Part shown: positions 62,403 to 64,000 of the stretch, piece by piece
How positions within the stretch are numbered: the stretch's first letter is position 1
Layout: every line of letters begins with the position of its first letter
From: Escherichia phage GEP001
Sequence record: PV173775
Reading direction: 5' to 3' (one strand)
DNA: 64,000 bases
Translations under genes and position numbers: made by a program
Notes under the pieces: generated by a model
The model's input: the letters and a program-made list of their open reading frames with translations, nothing else
Told to the model about the DNA's origin: nothing
Database searches by the model: none

Positions 62403-63212
62403 TTAGAAACGAGATGCGACTTTCGCATATACACTTACAATATCTTCTGCACCAGGTGCAGCTTTATCTTCTACAGCTTCAGTGACGAAATTCAGTCCGG
62501 CTGCTTCAGTATCAGGAGTATTTATACCCTCAGTAATAGTGCTTTCATCTTTATTAGACTTCTTCACCATTTCTACGATGGCACTCAATTTATTTGAGAA
62601 TTCATCTGAATAATCCATACCTTCGACCAGAGCAGAGACTTTTTCTTTTTGAGACTCAGTCAGATCTTTAGTACTTTCGCTCAATGCCACTTCACGCTGC
62701 ACATAATTGATATATGCGTCGCGCATATTGAGTTCTTCGAACAGACGAGCTGATTCTTCTTTATGTTCTTGCAGCTCTTCTTCCATTTCAGCCACAACAT
62801 CAACTGATTCTTCTGGAACAACAACGTTGTGTTCAACAAAGAGCTCTTTTAATCCACCAAGCATGGATTCAAACAGTTCGGCTTTGATGCCTTTATCAAC
62901 TGCTAATTTATTTTCAGCGAGCCATTCTTTCGCAAGATGGTCAATGAATTTAGAAGCTTGCTCAGCGATTTTCTTCTCAGCTTTTTCTTCGGCTTCTTCT
63001 TTATTTTTTTCTACTTCTTCTTCTGCTTTTTCAGCAATTTTAGCGATATGAGATTCAGCTAATTTAACGGCGTGCTGCTTGACGGTAGCTTCGAATACAG
63101 TGCCGAAAGTTTCTTTTGCTTCCGGAGAAATATTAACTGATTCGAAAATACTATCAAGAGCAACGGAAGCATCAATTTTTTGCGCTTCAGCAATCAGTTG
63201 TTCTTTAAGCAT
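62403..63212 (-). CDS. 22: prohead core scaffold protein gp22 (269 aa)
   Basis: Size identical to T4 gp22; acidic coiled-coil-rich. Confidence 0.9.
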   Translation of the reverse strand: MLKEQLIAEAQKIDASVALDSIFESVNISPEAKETFGTVFEATVKQHAVKLAESHIAKIAEKAEEEVEKNKEEAEEKAEKKIAEQASKFIDHLAKEWLAENKLAVDKGIKAELFESMLGGLKELFVEHNVVVPEESVDVVAEMEEELQEHKEESARLFEELNMRDAYINYVQREVALSESTKDLTESQKEKVSALVEGMDYSDEFSNKLSAIVEMVKKSNKDESTITEGINTPDTEAAGLNFVTEAVEDKAAPGAEDIVSVYAKVASRF

Positions 63213-63239
63213 TTTGTAGTCCTGTTGTTTAGATAATAA

Positions 63240-63247
63240 TATTTATA
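63240..63247 (-). promoter_or_regulatory. late promoter TATAAATA for gene 22 (inside 3' end of gene 21)
   Basis: Exact match about 30 nt upstream of gene 22 start. Confidence 0.6.
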
Positions 63248-63881
63248 ACGCTTTTTTCATGGCCTCTGCGAGAGCCATATAGGCGTCATCGGCACTTGTA
63301 TCGGCTTCCGCCGTCTGTGATTCGGTAATTTCCTTAGGAGTTACCCATGCATCTGGAGCACTTGGACCCCATACTGCATCAACACCTACAGTTAATTTGA
63401 ATCCTTCGTTTACGATACGATAACCTTTATTTGTGTCAGTCAATGAACCTAATCCACGAGAAGAAACTCCTGGAATCCATCCGGCACGAATATTAGCTGC
63501 TAATTTATCTCCAGGACCGTGGTCACCTTCAATAACACGAGCTCGTCCGTATACGTCATTTCCTTTCCACCACATATCTTCTATAATGATAGCGGCTTGC
63601 ATCGGGTCAACATTAGCGCGTGGAGGATGATTTAATTCTCCGAGAGCTTGTTTAGTTAAAACTTGCTCATTAATATAGTCTTTTACCGCTTTTTCTAATA
63701 TGCGTTTTGGATAAAGACGTTTATTTCTATTGACGACTTCTGCTTGCATGAATATTCCTTCGATGTATAAACCCGGTTTTAAACCTAAGTCTTTTCCATC
63801 GTGGGATTCAAGCATTGGCACACCATCAATAATTTCGCCAGGTTGACCCCAAGTTTCAATTAGTAATTGGGGTTCATTCAT
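63243..63881 (-). CDS. 21: prohead core protease gp21 (212 aa)
   Basis: Size identical to T4 gp21; position. Confidence 0.9.
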   Translation of the reverse strand: MNEPQLLIETWGQPGEIIDGVPMLESHDGKDLGLKPGLYIEGIFMQAEVVNRNKRLYPKRILEKAVKDYINEQVLTKQALGELNHPPRANVDPMQAAIIIEDMWWKGNDVYGRARVIEGDHGPGDKLAANIRAGWIPGVSSRGLGSLTDTNKGYRIVNEGFKLTVGVDAVWGPSAPDAWVTPKEITESQTAEADTSADDAYMALAEAMKKAL

Positions 63882-64000
63882 TAGCTTAATCCTAATGCTT
63901 TACGGCGTTTAAGAGCTTTTTTACGCTTACGCTGAGCACGAGATTGACCTGCTGGATTGGCAATCTTCGTTTTGGTAGCTTTGCGAGCAATTTGTCTACG
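63881..64000 (-). CDS. 68: C-terminal 39 codons of upstream head gene (probably prohead core protein gp68); truncated by window end
   Basis: Open frame to TAA overlapping gene 21 ATG (TAATG); basic C-terminus. Confidence 0.5.

Noticed and set aside
62385-62480. Late promoter for gene 23
   Set aside because: No exact TATAAATA found on the minus strand within about 80 nt upstream of the gene 23 start; it may lie further into gene 22 or be non-consensus.

Overview
The window is about 64 kb of a T-even (T4-like, Tequatrovirus-type) lytic coliphage genome, collinear with the phage T4 map from the denB/ndd interval to gene 21 and inverted relative to the standard T4 orientation. All gene identifications rest on recalled T4 protein sequences, ORF lengths and gene order, with no database search; coordinates of small ORFs, promoters and hairpins were placed by eye. 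In order it carries: ndd, stp, ac, gene 52, motA, arn, asiA (early, + strand); holin t and tail-fibre genes 38-37-36-35-34 (late, - strand); rnh, dsbA, 33, 59, 32, frd, td, nrdA, nrdB, denA, rnlA, alc, spanins, pseT, cd, 31, rIII, the 30.x cluster, DNA ligase 30 and alt; then baseplate genes 54-48-29-28-27-51 (-) and 26-25 (+), uvsY, uvsW, inh, hoc, rnlB, and head genes 24-23-22-21 (-). The phage is T2-like rather than T4 itself: gp38 is a 262-aa glycine-rich adhesin, td and nrdB have no introns, and the homing-endonuclease genes T4 carries in this span, as recalled, are absent. The most unusual points are: (1) the gene 32 ORF lacks its canonical stop and reads through a dispersed promoter cassette into the next gene, giving a 392-aa fusion; (2) a second, divergent alt-like ADP-ribosyltransferase gene sits in tandem after alt; (3) a 119-aa ORF lies between frd and td; (4) an early-promoter-driven 88-aa ORF sits between late head genes 23 and 24; (5) near-identical promoter cassettes are scattered through the early regions. 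I could not identify a clearly novel multi-gene system; the findings are lineage-specific differences from the T4 reference that need alignment to confirm.
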